The notes under the pieces: generated by a model
What the model saw: only the letters and a program-made list of their open reading frames with translations
What the model was told of the DNA's origin: nothing
Database searches by the model: none
Program-made: the position numbers and the translations under genes
NCBI GenBank assembly: GCA_964360585.1
Contig: CAYHXC010000003.1
Coordinates: 18,113-82,112, forward strand
Source of the DNA: an uncultured Candidatus Saccharibacteria bacterium
GTDB lineage: Bacteria; Patescibacteriota; Minisyncoccia; UBA6257; 2-01-FULL-56-20
Length of the DNA: 64,000 nucleotides
Direction of reading: 5' to 3'
In this document: piece after piece, positions 63,473 through 64,000 of the stretch
Numbering within the stretch: position 1 is the stretch's first letter
How the letters are laid out: each line of letters begins with the position of its first letter

Positions 63473-63647
63473 TTGTCATTGCACCTGCCCGTCCGAAGCC
63501 TGGGCGTAGGCGGGAGTCGAGCACAACTTGACGTGGCGATCCTTACATTTTTGTCATTGCGAGCTCCAGTAGGAGCGTGGCAATCTCTCTAGAATTCTGG
63601 ATTGTACGCTTCGTCGAGCTAAACTCGACTTCGTTCGCAATGACAAA
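63473..63647. repeat. TTGTCATTGC repeat family units (three occurrences, one inverted) with internal hairpins
   Basis: TTGTCATTGC at 63473-63482; TTGTCATTGCGAG..CGTGGCAATCTCTCTAGA at 63549-63592; inverted partner CGTTCGCAATGACAAAC at 63631-63647 (13-bp inverted repeat with 1 mismatch); followed by hairpin AACCTCC-TTCACC-GGAGGTT+TTTT at about 63654-63682. Confidence 0.5.
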
Positions 63648-63692
63648 CAGAAAACCTCCTTCACCGGAGGTTTTTAGTTCATCCTCTTTTTC

Positions 63693-63914
63693 TTGTATAC
63701 TTATCTTATGACTATCGCTTGGCGGAAAATAACTAAATACCAAAAACTAGTAATTATACTTACTTTTATTTTGCTCTTGTTAGTGGGACTGTATCTTAAG
63801 GAAAGTTATTCGATACCAATAGAGATAAGGTTCCCAAATAAGATTGTTTACACTTCGAGCGGCCAAGATCGTCCCACTATTGAAAAACTAAAAAAAACAC
63901 TGTCAATCGCTTAA
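63693..63914 (+). CDS. small hypothetical membrane protein
   Basis: 73 aa; one TM segment (LVIILTFILLLLVGLYL); weak support. Confidence 0.25.
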   Translation: MYTYLMTIAWRKITKYQKLVIILTFILLLLVGLYLKESYSIPIEIRFPNKIVYTSSGQDRPTIEKLKKTLSIA

Positions 63915-64000
63915 GGGAAGATTCAACGAATGCGGAAGTATCTGCGAAAGCGAGGATGGACTATGCCCTGCAGTTTGTGCCTTTACGTGCGAGCTTAAAT

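Overview
This 64 kb window looks like a contig from a small-genome, probably uncultured bacterium. It is roughly mid-40s to 50% GC by eye. A Candidate Phyla Radiation (CPR) origin is an inference only. It rests on a 23S-intervening-sequence-type 'four helix bundle protein' gene inserted between groES and groEL, O-antigen-ligase/TPR fusion proteins, and an outsized surface-glycan locus.

Gene content from left to right:
- A 3D-domain protein and an orphan HTH gene.
- Two Wzy/O-antigen-ligase-like membrane proteins.
- groEL, a four-helix-bundle gene, then groES (minus strand).
- A 1080-aa secreted peptidoglycan-binding/NHL-repeat protein.
- Thioredoxin reductase, a glutaredoxin-like protein and a DedA-family protein.
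- A roughly 38 kb Wzx/Wzy-type polysaccharide locus (about 13.3-51.9 kb). It encodes the initiating sugar phosphotransferase, a Wzx flippase, about ten glycosyltransferases (GT2/GT4/GT8/GT10-like/CgeB-like) and nine NAD-dependent epimerase/dehydratases including RfbB and Gmd. It also has two paralogous GDP-heptose modules (GmhA/HddA/HddC plus GmhB), an FdtA-like ketoisomerase, a Gfo/Idh/MocA oxidoreductase, a pyruvate-dehydrogenase E1 alpha/beta-like pair with a sugar C-methyltransferase (branched-sugar chemistry), and RmlC-like and RfaE-II-like enzymes.
- RNase Y, gpmI, secG, an ABC substrate-binding protein, tRNA-Leu(CAG) and RNase J.

Features not explained by the genes:
1. A strictly 36-bp-periodic array of about 30 units (about 54.82-55.90 kb). 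Each unit carries two exactly conserved blocks, AGCGAGCC and AGAAACTCAA, with variable sequence between. It sits directly downstream of a GC-rich gene for an IS110/Piv-like Tnp_20-domain zinc-ribbon protein and ends in a strong terminator.
2. Four related cis elements in which a G-rich stretch containing the Shine-Dalgarno sequence and start codon (..ATTAGGTGTGGGG-ATG-AAA) is paired with a complementary C-rich stretch about 70-100 bp upstream. Three lie in front of glycan genes and one in front of gpmI. The arms show compensatory changes between copies.
3. A distinct 17-bp perfect inverted repeat with the same architecture after gpmI.
4. Two near-identical 273-bp palindromic MITE-like elements with 22-bp perfect terminal inverted repeats (TIRs) and flanking TA dinucleotides.
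5. A TTGTCATTGCGAG intergenic repeat family around rnj.
6. A G-quadruplex-capable telomere-like palindrome between grx and trxB.
7. Several visibly GC-richer single-gene islands.

All coordinates come from manual counting and may be off by 1-2 nt.
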